The translations under genes were made by a program, and so were the position numbers. From Nanobdellota archaeon (GTDB taxonomy: Archaea; Nanobdellota; Nanobdellia; UBA10117): a stretch of 32,123 nucleotides of DNA. Where the stretch lies: contig JBBSXK010000003.1 in assembly GCA_038045805.1 (NCBI GenBank), forward strand, positions 1 through 32,123, written 5' to 3'. The notes below the pieces were generated by a model. That model saw only the letters and a program-made list of their open reading frames with translations. It made no database searches and had not been told where the DNA came from. Of the stretch, positions 1-9,030 are shown in pieces (positions within the stretch are counted from its first letter, which is position 1; the number at the start of each line of letters is the position of its first letter).

Positions 1-870
1 GGCCATATGATTTTAGCTCAGCAAATGTTATTTTATCAAAAATTAGGAGCTAAACTTTACATCGCTGTTGCGGATCTGGAAGCCTACAATGCGCGTGATA
101 AATCTTTAAGCGAATTAAGAAAAACTGCACTTGAACAATACTTACAAAATTATATAGCTCTTGGATTAAGCCCAAAAAATGTTGATTTCTATTTCCAAAG
201 CGATAGATCAAGAGATGCTAAAAAATCAAATGCATATTATAGATTAGCATCAAATTTCTCACGGCACGCAACATTTAATGAATTTAAAGCAGTTTATGGA
301 GAAATTACACCGGGCAAAATGAATGCTTCTCTAATACAAGCTGCAGATATGTTTCACGCACAGCTGCCAGAATTTGAAGGTCTAAGCCACGTAGTAGTTC
401 CCGTCGGTATAGATCAGGATCCTCATTTGAGATTAGCAAGAGATATAGGAAAAAGATACAAAGATCATAATTTCAAGCAGTTAAGCTCTACGTATCATAT
501 GTTTATGCCTGGACTGAAAGGCGGAAAAATGAGCAGCAGCGATGAAATGTCTTACATAGCTATGACTGATACTCCAAAAGAAGTTGAAACGAAAATCAAA
601 AGTTATGCTTTTTCCGGCGGTGGAATTAGTTTAGCGGAACACAAGAAACACGGCGGAAATCCTGATATAGATGTAAGCTTTCAGTATTTGAGATTCTTTT
701 TTGAGCCTAATGATAAGAAGCTCAAGCAAATTCATGACAATTATAAATCAGGCAAGCTTCTAACAAGCGAATTAAAACAATACACGATAGATAAGATAAA
801 TGCATTCCTAAAGAAGCATCAAGCTGCTAAAAAGAAGGCTGCAAGTAAAGTAAATAAATTCCTTAGATAA
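1..870 (+). CDS. trpS: tryptophanyl-tRNA synthetase, C-terminal ~289 aa (5' end lies off the window)
   Basis: Frame is open from base 1. Has the class I aaRS KMSSS loop and GIDQDPH, plus the archaeal/eukaryotic TrpRS-type block AFSGGG..HKKHGGNPDIDVSFQYLRFFFEPNDKKL..YKSGKLLTSELK. Confidence 0.9.
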   Translation, partial: GHMILAQQMLFYQKLGAKLYIAVADLEAYNARDKSLSELRKTALEQYLQNYIALGLSPKNVDFYFQSDRSRDAKKSNAYYRLASNFSRHATFNEFKAVYGEITPGKMNASLIQAADMFHAQLPEFEGLSHVVVPVGIDQDPHLRLARDIGKRYKDHNFKQLSSTYHMFMPGLKGGKMSSSDEMSYIAMTDTPKEVETKIKSYAFSGGGISLAEHKKHGGNPDIDVSFQYLRFFFEPNDKKLKQIHDNYKSGKLLTSELKQYTIDKINAFLKKHQAAKKKAASKVNKFLR

Positions 871-1837
871 AATCACCAAGGCCTTTCTGCTTCACATCTC
901 TGCATGTCATTCTCTTTATTGCTGCATCAATTCTGTCCTCTGTAAAGCCATGCCTATCAACTAATATTTCTTTTATCTTTCTTGCATCTGGAGAATTCCA
1001 AACTAATTCGTAATCTTTATTTACTATTGGCTGCAAAAACAAATTCTTAAGAGTAGTGTAACTAATAATTTTATTTTTATACTGATTAAATTTATGTTCC
1101 TGCACAATCTTTAATGCATTCTTTGGACCAATTCCGGAAACACCACCGACATTATAATCTGTTCCAACCAAAAGTCCAATATCAACCAAGCCGGAAATAT
1201 CCAAATGCAAGTGGTTTAGAGTTTCAATCAAATCAATTATTTCTATGTTGACATCTTTCTTTCTTGATATTGATAAATTTCTAATTAATCTTGGAGCTGC
1301 AAACAAAAGCGTATCATAATCCTGGCTCGCAACTGCCCAAACATCTCCCTTATTACACATATAAGCTGCCTGCGCTTCCCCCTCTGAAAGTGCCTGCACC
1401 CACGGCAAACCCATCGCCCTAATCAGCTCTTTAGATTCCTGTATCATCGCGGGAGTTAATCGCGATGTCTGTTGCGCATATTTTCTGGCTTCTTCTTTAT
1501 CGCCTCGTTCCAAAGCTTCCTTGTATTTTTCTCGCGCAGTCTCTCTGATCTCTCTGCGTGCTTCTTGAACGGCCTGTTTCTCAATAGGCGCCTTGCCATC
1601 AAAAACAAAAGTGGGAAAAATTCCTGCTTCCATTAAATTAACAGTTCTGTAAAATAATCCTGACAAGTGCGAAGTTACATTTCCATTCTTATCCATTAAT
1701 GGAGTTCCATCGTATTGTCTTATAGTAGACAAAAACTGATAGATAACATTGTAAGCATCAATTGCAATTTTTTTGCCGGCTAAATCCTTAAGTTCCAAAT
1801 TGTGCTTTATTGCTAAATCCTTGAGATTAACGCCCAT
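863..1837 (-). CDS. fen: flap endonuclease 1 (FEN1)
   Basis: N-terminus MGVNLKDL..KKIAIDAYNVIYQFLSTIR..DGTPLMD..G..TSHL.G.FYRT is typical of FEN1/XPG-N. Also has an XPG-I/H3TH region (GTDYN) and a C-terminal PIP-box-like QKGLGDFI. Confidence 0.95.
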   Translation of the reverse strand: MGVNLKDLAIKHNLELKDLAGKKIAIDAYNVIYQFLSTIRQYDGTPLMDKNGNVTSHLSGLFYRTVNLMEAGIFPTFVFDGKAPIEKQAVQEARREIRETAREKYKEALERGDKEEARKYAQQTSRLTPAMIQESKELIRAMGLPWVQALSEGEAQAAYMCNKGDVWAVASQDYDTLLFAAPRLIRNLSISRKKDVNIEIIDLIETLNHLHLDISGLVDIGLLVGTDYNVGGVSGIGPKNALKIVQEHKFNQYKNKIISYTTLKNLFLQPIVNKDYELVWNSPDARKIKEILVDRHGFTEDRIDAAIKRMTCRDVKQKGLGDFI

Positions 1838-1841
1838 GAGT

Positions 1842-2120
1842 TTAACCGAAAGCTCTTCGTATATCTACGACATCTGTTGAGCTCACCATTTCAAGTGCCT
1901 GCAATTTCTCTTCAAGAATATCTACATTTGGGTTGTCTTCTTCTTTAAACGTAATAATGATTTTCAAAGCTTTTAATCCGAATGCCACTGGCTCCTCTTC
2001 TGTTTTCAAAAGTTTAGCTCCGAATTCATCCACAATTAATTCAGTCTGCTTCTTCAATTGTTCCATATCTACTTCAGGATGTTTTGGAAGTATCTTTAAT
2101 GTAAGCAATATATGTGCCAT
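1842..2120 (-). CDS. translation elongation factor aEF-1 beta
   Basis: MAHILLTLKILPKHPEVDMEQLKK...EEEPVAFGLKAL...VVDIRR matches the ~90-aa aEF-1beta pattern. The tracked ORF extends to 2159, but that extension starts on TTG and contains the TATA box at 2142-2149, so ATG 2120 is preferred. A 4-nt gap to fen suggests co-transcription. Confidence 0.85.
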   Translation of the reverse strand: MAHILLTLKILPKHPEVDMEQLKKQTELIVDEFGAKLLKTEEEPVAFGLKALKIIITFKEEDNPNVDILEEKLQALEMVSSTDVVDIRRAFG

Positions 2121-2141
2121 AGAGAATTCGCTTCTGCCATG

Positions 2142-2149
2142 TTTAAAAA
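2142..2149. promoter_or_regulatory. TATA-like box (TTTAAAAA) shared by divergent aEF-1beta and truD
   Basis: The box centre lies about 25 nt from ATG 2120 (minus strand) and about 30 nt from ATG 2176 (plus strand). This is the leaderless-type spacing seen throughout the window. Confidence 0.4.
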
Positions 2150-2175
2150 CCTTGCCCAAATAGTATAATTATAAG

Positions 2176-3249
2176 ATGTTAATCAAACAAATCCCTGAAG
2201 ATTTTGTAGTAGAAGAGCTAATAGATTTAGAGCTTAATGAAAACGGCGAGCAGACTTATTTCTGGCTAACTAAAAAGAATTGGACGACTGGTAAAGCCGT
2301 ATCTACAATTGCTCAACGCTGTCATACTAGTATGAGGCGGTTTAAATTTGCTGGGAATAAAGATAGAAATGCAATTACAAAACAAGCTATTTCAGCTTTC
2401 AAAATTTCTCCCGAACAGTTAAAGCGTATTATGATAAAAGATATTGAAATAAATGTTATTGGCAAAGGTAATATTCCTATTTCATTAGGTACATTACGCG
2501 GCAATCATTTTACTATAATCGTACGAGATTTAAAAGCAAAAGTTAATTCTAAAAAGTTAGCTAAGTTAAAATCAAAAGGTTTTCCAAATTATTTTGGTGA
2601 GCAGAGATTCGGTTATGGCAATACGCATTTAGTAGGAAAAGAAATCCTCAAAGGAAATCTAGAAGAGGCTATAAAATTAATCATTACTTATTCTGAAGGT
2701 TCTAACAAGGATACAAAAATTGCTAAGGAATTTGCATTGAAAAATTGGGGCAATTGGAAAGACATTATTGTAAAATTTCCGCATTATATGGATTTGGAAA
2801 AAGCTGTTTTAAATTGGTTAATTCAACATCCGACTGATTTCGGTGGTGCGCTAAGAGTAATTCCAAAAACTATGAGACGTATGTATGTACACGCCTATCA
2901 AAGCGAGATTTGGAATAAAGCTCTTGAAAAATGTGCACCTAGTCTTAAAGGAAATCCAGAACTTCCAATTCCAGGTACAGATACTAAATTAAGTAAGGAT
3001 AAATTTTCCAAAGCTATAGTATTACTTCTTAAAAAGGAAAAGGTTACACTGCAAGATTTCTCTTCCAAACGAATTCCTGAATTAAGTTCAGAGGGTACAG
3101 AAAGAAAAGCATTTGTCAAACCTAAGACTTTGAAAATTGGAAAACTTGAGAAAGATGAATTAAATAAAGGACGATACAAAACAAAAATAACATTCAGTTT
3201 GGATAAAGGCGCTTATGCAACAGAATTAATCAAATATTTATTTAGTTGA
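2176..3249 (+). CDS. truD: tRNA pseudouridine synthase TruD/Pus7 family
   Basis: N-terminus IKQIPEDFVVEE, catalytic-Asp block FAGNKDRNAITKQ, and NYFGEQRFG. All are TruD hallmarks. Confidence 0.9.
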   Translation: MLIKQIPEDFVVEELIDLELNENGEQTYFWLTKKNWTTGKAVSTIAQRCHTSMRRFKFAGNKDRNAITKQAISAFKISPEQLKRIMIKDIEINVIGKGNIPISLGTLRGNHFTIIVRDLKAKVNSKKLAKLKSKGFPNYFGEQRFGYGNTHLVGKEILKGNLEEAIKLIITYSEGSNKDTKIAKEFALKNWGNWKDIIVKFPHYMDLEKAVLNWLIQHPTDFGGALRVIPKTMRRMYVHAYQSEIWNKALEKCAPSLKGNPELPIPGTDTKLSKDKFSKAIVLLLKKEKVTLQDFSSKRIPELSSEGTERKAFVKPKTLKIGKLEKDELNKGRYKTKITFSLDKGAYATELIKYLFS

Positions 3250-3889
3250 TATAACTTTCAATATTGGCTGTTGACGTAAATCCTTCTATTTTTTCATCGT
3301 TAATTATCAAAGTTGGAGCTTTCTCTACATTATAACGTACAACAAGCAAACTAACTAGCGGTTCTTTTTCATAATCTTTGTCTATAGACAGAATTACTAC
3401 ATCGGGATTTTTATCTGCAAGCTCATCAAGAGAAAATCCTTGCGTTATGCTTTCGGAATGATTTACCTGGTAGAAAAATAAAATTATATCGTAATTCACT
3501 CCGCACGTTTCTTCAAAATTTTTTAACAAAGTGAAAAATTGGATTTTTGAAATTAAATGTTTATTTTTCAGGTATTCGAAATCTTCAGCACCTTCATATT
3601 TACGGCTATTCTCTAACAAAGTAAGTTTTCTTCCAGTATCAGCAATTGATTTTTGTACATTTTCTACTCTCGATATCATACTATCGCACTGGCCACCAAA
3701 AGTCTCTACGAATTGCTGTTCAACTAAGAACGATTGCGCCTCGAGTTCATTCTGCCTTATACTGAGCAAAAGCTCATCAGTTTGGTATGTATCAAATGTG
3801 CTTCCAACTAAGATTCCCGCGGCGAATACAAATATAGTGATTATTAGTGTTGTTACGAGTAAATATTTCTTATATTTCTCTGCTACCAT
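3242..3889 (-). CDS. single-pass membrane protein with a coiled-coil and a thioredoxin-like C-terminal region lacking CxxC
   Basis: N-terminal TM segment (LLVTTLIITIFVFAAGILVG). The C-terminal pattern IILFFYQVNHSES...VVILSIDKD...YNVEKAPTLIINDEKIEG resembles a glutaredoxin/thioredoxin fold with NHSES in place of the redox Cys pair. Overlaps the GT2 gene by 7 nt. Confidence 0.6.
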   Translation of the reverse strand: MVAEKYKKYLLVTTLIITIFVFAAGILVGSTFDTYQTDELLLSIRQNELEAQSFLVEQQFVETFGGQCDSMISRVENVQKSIADTGRKLTLLENSRKYEGAEDFEYLKNKHLISKIQFFTLLKNFEETCGVNYDIILFFYQVNHSESITQGFSLDELADKNPDVVILSIDKDYEKEPLVSLLVVRYNVEKAPTLIINDEKIEGFTSTANIESYIN

Positions 3890-5121
3890 CTTGCATCTCC
3901 TCTCCAGACTTTTTTTACTCCTAATAGTTCATACATAGCGCCAAGAAACCAATAAAAAGATTTCACAAAAGGATAAGCGATAAAAAACATAAGTCCTGCT
4001 AACGGATAAGATGCTTTTTCTCTGAATATTCTTACAGACTTATACAATACATAAATACCACACATAACCAATACACTCGTCCAAAAAAGAGCACTGAAGT
4101 CTACTAAAAGAATGGTTGCGCCTTGAAATATTTTACCAGTTAATAAACCATTAAGTGAAGTATAAAGTATGAAGCCTGCAATAGTATAAAATACTATTAA
4201 TGTGCTTAATATAATTAAAATTGGCATTATGAAACTAATTGGCATTATGAATAATCCGAGCAAGCCAAATTCTTTTTTGAAAAACATATCCTTATGCTTA
4301 AGCATAGTTGTAAAAAATCCACGTGCCCATCGCAATCTCTGGCCGTGATAACCTTTCAGTGTTTTCGGAACTTTTGTAAAAGGCATTGCCGCTAGACTAG
4401 ATTTTATTTTATACCCATTATGCAGAAGCCTGACAGCTATTTCTATATCTTCTGTCAGAATATTTTCATCGAATCCGCCAACTTTTTTTAATGCGTCTGT
4501 TCTATAAATACTGAAAACTCCTGGAGTTAAATGCAGGACATCCAAAACTGACATTAACTTGTGCACTAAACCTACACTAAGATATTCAAACCATTGTAAC
4601 TTTTCCAAGAAATTTTCCGGCTTCCAAACTTTTATACTTGTTTTAACGCCTCCAACTTTAATATCGTTAAACTTTGGCAATAAAACTTCCAAAAGATTTT
4701 GAGTTGCAATAGAATCTGCATCCAATATTACAGTGAATTCACCCTTTAATTTTTCCAAACCTATATTTATAGCATGTCCTTTTCCCGGCTCTTTGATCGA
4801 AATCAATTTTACGCCTTTTTCTTTATAGCTTTTCACAATTTCTTCGGTTCTATCGGTACAAGCATTAGCGAGTACGATAATTTCTCTTTTCGTCTTTGGA
4901 TAATCGACTTGCAGCGCACTATCTATTGTGGCTGCTATAACATCTTCTTCGTTGTGAGCTGGAATCAAAATACTAACTAAAGGCGCATATTTTCTGTCCC
5001 ATTTTGGTTCTTCTAAATTTCCTTCTTCCAGAAATAAGACACTAATCCAAAAAATAGCCATAAATAAACTAATAAATGAACTTGCGTAAAGAACTAATTT
5101 GTAAGCGAAAATTTCTAACAT
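3883..5121 (-). CDS. membrane-integrated family 2 glycosyltransferase, processive synthase type (PgaC/NodC/cellulose-synthase-like)
   Basis: ILIPAHNEE, ILDADS (DxD), TEDIEIAVRL (TED) and QRLRWARG (QxxRW). One N-terminal TM segment and a C-terminal block of several TM segments. Confidence 0.85.
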   Translation of the reverse strand: MLEIFAYKLVLYASSFISLFMAIFWISVLFLEEGNLEEPKWDRKYAPLVSILIPAHNEEDVIAATIDSALQVDYPKTKREIIVLANACTDRTEEIVKSYKEKGVKLISIKEPGKGHAINIGLEKLKGEFTVILDADSIATQNLLEVLLPKFNDIKVGGVKTSIKVWKPENFLEKLQWFEYLSVGLVHKLMSVLDVLHLTPGVFSIYRTDALKKVGGFDENILTEDIEIAVRLLHNGYKIKSSLAAMPFTKVPKTLKGYHGQRLRWARGFFTTMLKHKDMFFKKEFGLLGLFIMPISFIMPILIILSTLIVFYTIAGFILYTSLNGLLTGKIFQGATILLVDFSALFWTSVLVMCGIYVLYKSVRIFREKASYPLAGLMFFIAYPFVKSFYWFLGAMYELLGVKKVWRGDARW

Positions 5122-5123
5122 TT

Positions 5124-5915
5124 TTAGATAGCTATCCCAACTAAATTGTAACCGAGCTTATCTGCAGCCAATATTAATTCATCTGGAGTATCTCCTGCTA
5201 TAAGTACGCATCCATTTTCCACTGTAATTCCAGTAGTTCCGAGTTGAAATCTTATTACACCTGTTGTAGCATCAACCGCATCGCAGTCTTTTATTGGTAT
5301 ATTCTGCTGGACTGGATTTGAGTCACGCGTATAAGCAGTAATAGTTTCGATTCCATAGAGTGCTGTTATTCTCGCAATTTCTGTTGCTGCAACTACGTAC
5401 TTAGCTATCTCCTCTGCATTTGGATCCAATACTAAATAAATTTTCTGCGAACCTAAAATTCTTTGTATTGCTGGCTGTTCCAAAGGTATTCCTTCAGCAT
5501 ACCTAGGATCTAATCTAAAAAGAATAGGTATGTCTTTTCCGCCGTGCTTTATTAGCGTTCCAAAAGTGCTATCTTCAAGGCTGTAAAACACGTAATCGCC
5601 AACTCTAAATGCGTTATTTGGCAATCCGGTCGCGGCTCCTGTGAGATACGATATTCCAAAGAAACCTATTGTACTACCTACTAATATTAAAACCGTAAAC
5701 CAAACTATTATTTGCTTGGTTTTGTTCGTTGTCTTTTCCTTCCGTTCTTTCAAACGTATTGCTTCTCTTGGCTTATCTGCTATTTTAAATTCGAATTTTG
5801 GTAGTAAACTTTTTTTCTCTGGAGTTTGAGATTGAAGATTTTCTTGGTTATTTTCTTTTTTTTCTTCCTGTTTATCATCTTTATGCCAATCAATACCAAT
5901 ATTAGGCAACGCCAT
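5124..5915 (-). CDS. hypothetical single-pass membrane protein (charged N-terminus, TM, ~170-aa extracytoplasmic domain)
   Basis: The long ORF ends 2 nt before the GT2 start. K/E-rich N-terminus, then TM segment IIVWFTVLILVGSTIGFFGISYL. A TATA box (5938-5945) is centred about 26 nt upstream of the ATG. No family recognised. Confidence 0.6.
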   Translation of the reverse strand: MALPNIGIDWHKDDKQEEKKENNQENLQSQTPEKKSLLPKFEFKIADKPREAIRLKERKEKTTNKTKQIIVWFTVLILVGSTIGFFGISYLTGAATGLPNNAFRVGDYVFYSLEDSTFGTLIKHGGKDIPILFRLDPRYAEGIPLEQPAIQRILGSQKIYLVLDPNAEEIAKYVVAATEIARITALYGIETITAYTRDSNPVQQNIPIKDCDAVDATTGVIRFQLGTTGITVENGCVLIAGDTPDELILAADKLGYNLVGIAI

Positions 5916-5967
5916 ATAATCGACTTACTGAGAAGCGATATAAAAGTTTCGACAATTCATTATATTA

Positions 5968-6009
5968 AATAAAGAAAAAATAAAGAAAAAGAAAGGGGTT
6001 TAAACCCCT
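5968..6009 (-). terminator. hairpin plus oligo-T terminator of the S-layer gene
   Basis: On the minus strand, 2 nt after the stop, there is a perfect palindrome AGGGGTTTAAACCCCT (5994-6009). It is followed by TTTCTTTTTCTTTATTTTTTCTTTATTT. Confidence 0.7.
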
Positions 6010-6011
6010 AA

Positions 6012-8387
6012 TTATGCGGCTGGTTCTTCAGCTACTGGTTCGGCACTTGCTGCTTCAGCTGATGCTGCTACGGCAAGAGGTCCAACAGTTATTATGCCTG
6101 CTGAACTGCTTACTTTAACTGCGTCTCCGGACAAGCCATATGCGGTATAGTCCTTCAATACAGCTGCTGCATCTCTTGTGTTCTGTGCTTCCCATCCAGC
6201 TACTATTACTGCAACTTTTGTTCCACCGAATGCATTTTCGACCAACTTGATCAAACCTGCGTCTTGTGGTACGCCAGATGCTGCACCGTATGCTGGGTAG
6301 CTTAAGCCCAAAGCTTGCGCTGCTAATCTATTAACTGCTGGTCCACCTACAATGATTTGGTCGAACGCAGTCTTGTCTGTTACTTCTGTGTCCAATTTTG
6401 CGATTGGAACTCCAGCTATAGAACTTACTGCAACTGCTCCACCGCTTGTAGTTGTGGTTGTTTCCGGACCTGCAACAGTAATCTTTGCTTTTACAGAGTC
6501 TGCTGGTATCAATAATTTTACTCTGTCGCTTGGACCATTGCCTTTTGGATCCTTGATTACAATTCCATATCTTGTTCTGTGGTCTTCATCTTTTGTACCT
6601 AAAGACAAGTTGGTTGGGTAACCAGTTCCCCAGAAGATTTCATTTGCTTGTTCAAGCGATACTGTTGAACCAAGTCCAGTGAAATCCGCTCCGGCGCCGT
6701 GTCCTAACCATATGTGCAAATCGTCGCTCTTATCTAACAAATAGCTATTGTCGTCAATGACATCAAATGTCAAATTAAGCACGTTTGCAGCTACGTTACC
6801 AGTACCCATTTGTCCACCGCTTGTACCGATTACAACATTTGTGCTCTTGGTATCATCGTATGATACTTCAGCAATCTTTGCGGTAGAGTTACCAATTGTT
6901 GCGTTTCCAGTATGGAATGTTCCGTTTCCAGCAAAGGTAATCTTACCATCGCTTGGGTTTCGGTAAAATACATTTGTGTCGTTAGCTCTAATATCGTCGA
7001 TGCTAATGTAAATTCTGTTTGTTTTCTTATTAGTTCCGCCGACAGTAACCAACAACGAGTCCGATACGGACGATTCAATGATAAATGCTGGTTCAGCAGT
7101 CTGTGTTGTGAAACCTGCTGCATCACTGAAATCTGCAGATGATTCATACTTTACAGTAAGTTCTGCATATTTGTTGTCAGGTACAGTTAAGCCGTCAAAT
7201 CTCAATTCGAATCCACCAAGTGGCAAGTCATATTTACCGCCTACTGTGATTGGACCGTCTGAGTCGTCATTAATGACGTAGTCATTAATTACACCAAGTG
7301 TTGGTCCTGTTCCTGCTGCACCATTGTTATCAATTAATTCTCCGGCTGCATTTAAGACCAAACCATCTGCATCCCATACCCAATCTGGGTCTTCTTTCTT
7401 ACAGTTTGCAGTCTTCCAAGCAGTCGCACAAGGTTCGATGAATTTATCACCGTCGTTGTACGTTTCAAGTGCTTCAGCACCTACAACCAATGTAGCTGCT
7501 CTCTCTGCTAAATTTTCAGAGTAGAAAGTTTCTGCTACATTAACTTCTAGACCATTTACAGTTTCAGTTCCTGTTACAGTTTCCTGTACGCCGTCAACAT
7601 CAATTATAACTGGTGTATTTGTTGTGGCTGAACCTACATTCTTCAATGTAATCTTTTTTCCAGATACGGTTGCAGTGTCTCCAACATTCATGAAGACTTC
7701 TTCTCCAACTCTTGCGGTAAAGGTATCATCATCTGTTACAGATGTAATTTTTACCTTTCTGCCCAAAAAGTTTATAGTTAATGGGTCAGCAGTTGTAGAT
7801 GCACTTATATTTATAGAGCTGTCAAAAACATAGTAGTAACCTAATACGCCTCTGTCAACTTCTGCAAATACTCCAGATTTATAGTCATCTTCAGATGCTA
7901 CTAAAGAAGTAACTACTCTTGGACCTAATTCAGATGTTGTTCCGTTCTGAAATACGATTGAATCGTGGTAGTCATAGCTCTTGGATTGGAAAGTTATTGA
8001 GCTGTCTTTTAGACCACTTATATCATCGTCTTCTAATTCACCGTCGAATCCACTTGGAGTTACGTTACCTACGTAATTACCCAATGAAATTTCCTGGGTT
8101 TCTCCGCCGACAGTTACAGTTGATCCGCCGCCTGCGGAAGTCGTGGCACTTTGTGCTAATGTTACAGCAATGTCAGTTGCGCCTATGATATCTGCTGGGG
8201 CTGCGTCAGCTCCAACAACGATCAAACCTACCCATTGTCCATTTGTAATAAATGGAGCTGGATAGTCAGCCAAATCGGCTGCAGCAGCGGCACCGAACAT
8301 TGTTGCGCCCATCATAACTGCAGTTGATGAAACTGCGGCTACTCTGCGCATTGCGCCTTTTGCTTTTAATACAAATCCGTCTTGCAT
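6012..8387 (-). CDS. S-layer (surface layer) protein, euryarchaeal S_layer_N/S_layer_C type
   Basis: Signal peptide (MRRVAAVSSTAVMMGATMFGAAAAA) followed by DLADYPAPFI..NG...IVVGADAAPADIIGA.DIA. The C-terminal part has IIVGGPAVNRLAAQALG. Rich in T/G/A/V/D. Start placed at ATG 8387, preceded by GGAG (8394-8397) with a 6-nt spacer; the tracked ORF extends to 8447. Confidence 0.85.
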   Translation of the reverse strand: MQDGFVLKAKGAMRRVAAVSSTAVMMGATMFGAAAAADLADYPAPFITNGQWVGLIVVGADAAPADIIGATDIAVTLAQSATTSAGGGSTVTVGGETQEISLGNYVGNVTPSGFDGELEDDDISGLKDSSITFQSKSYDYHDSIVFQNGTTSELGPRVVTSLVASEDDYKSGVFAEVDRGVLGYYYVFDSSINISASTTADPLTINFLGRKVKITSVTDDDTFTARVGEEVFMNVGDTATVSGKKITLKNVGSATTNTPVIIDVDGVQETVTGTETVNGLEVNVAETFYSENLAERAATLVVGAEALETYNDGDKFIEPCATAWKTANCKKEDPDWVWDADGLVLNAAGELIDNNGAAGTGPTLGVINDYVINDDSDGPITVGGKYDLPLGGFELRFDGLTVPDNKYAELTVKYESSADFSDAAGFTTQTAEPAFIIESSVSDSLLVTVGGTNKKTNRIYISIDDIRANDTNVFYRNPSDGKITFAGNGTFHTGNATIGNSTAKIAEVSYDDTKSTNVVIGTSGGQMGTGNVAANVLNLTFDVIDDNSYLLDKSDDLHIWLGHGAGADFTGLGSTVSLEQANEIFWGTGYPTNLSLGTKDEDHRTRYGIVIKDPKGNGPSDRVKLLIPADSVKAKITVAGPETTTTTSGGAVAVSSIAGVPIAKLDTEVTDKTAFDQIIVGGPAVNRLAAQALGLSYPAYGAASGVPQDAGLIKLVENAFGGTKVAVIVAGWEAQNTRDAAAVLKDYTAYGLSGDAVKVSSSAGIITVGPLAVAASAEAASAEPVAEEPAA

Positions 8388-8393
8388 TTTGTT

Positions 8394-8435
8394 CTCCTTT
8401 GTTAATGTTAAAGAACTTGAGATTTTGTTTAAATG
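8394..8435 (-). promoter_or_regulatory. S-layer gene promoter and RBS (TATA CATTTAAAC plus GGAG)
   Basis: On the minus strand a TATA-like CATTTAAAC (8427-8435) lies about 44 nt upstream of the ATG. This predicts a 5' UTR of about 18 nt carrying the GGAG Shine-Dalgarno. Confidence 0.45.
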
Positions 8436-8532
8436 TATTGTGGTCAATTAAGTCACTATGTAATAATTACCATAGAGAAGTGAATACCCTGTTATATAAA
8501 CCATTAAAAGATGTCGTCAGCAGTTCTATCAT

Positions 8533-9030
8533 ATGGTTGAGGATAATACTAAGTACAAACCCAAACGTAAGCGTAAAGCTAAAACCCCTTCAAAATCTAT
8601 TAAATTAGTATTAAAAATACCGAAAAAGGAAGACGATTTCGAAACTAAACAGCACACTGATGTAGTTTACAAACAACCTGAAATGAGCAGTAATAAAGAT
8701 ACAAAAGTTCTTACCGCTCACGATATTTTAACTAAAACTCCTGAGGAGCTTGACCAAGGCCGACGAGAGTTAAATAATCTCGTAAGAAGAATGAAAATTC
8801 TTACTGCTATTATGTTAGGAAATCATCAGAACAAAGAATTGTCTAAGGTTCTGGACACCGATAAATCATTTACTTCTAAACAAATCAAAGAACTTGAAGA
8901 TGAAGGGCTAATAAAACGTGAAACTGATGGCAGAGAAGTAAAATATGAAGTTGACAAATTCAATCTCCTAAAATTCCTGAACACTAAAGTTGCTATTAAA
9001 TGGAAAAAAGAGGACGAGGATAAAAAATGA
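8533..9030 (+). CDS. winged-helix (MarR/ArsR-like) DNA-binding protein with a Lys-rich N-terminal tail
   Basis: LTAIMLGNHQNKELSKVLDTDKSFTSKQIKELEDEGLIKRETDGREVKYEV fits an HTH plus wing pattern. N-terminus is KPKRKRKAKTPSK. Divergent from the S-layer gene. Confidence 0.6.
   Translation: MVEDNTKYKPKRKRKAKTPSKSIKLVLKIPKKEDDFETKQHTDVVYKQPEMSSNKDTKVLTAHDILTKTPEELDQGRRELNNLVRRMKILTAIMLGNHQNKELSKVLDTDKSFTSKQIKELEDEGLIKRETDGREVKYEVDKFNLLKFLNTKVAIKWKKEDEDKK

Noticed and set aside
2121-2159. N-terminal 13-codon extension of the aEF-1beta ORF
   Set aside because: The extension begins on TTG, is absent from the aEF-1beta pattern (which starts at MAHILL...), and would place the TATA box inside the coding region.
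6352-8188. Many plus-strand ORFs of 66-105 aa tiled across the S-layer gene
   Set aside because: They lie antisense or out of frame to a clearly recognisable 790-aa S-layer CDS. Their low-complexity products (S/V/F/L-rich) lack start signals. They arise from the locally higher GC and scarcity of stop codons.
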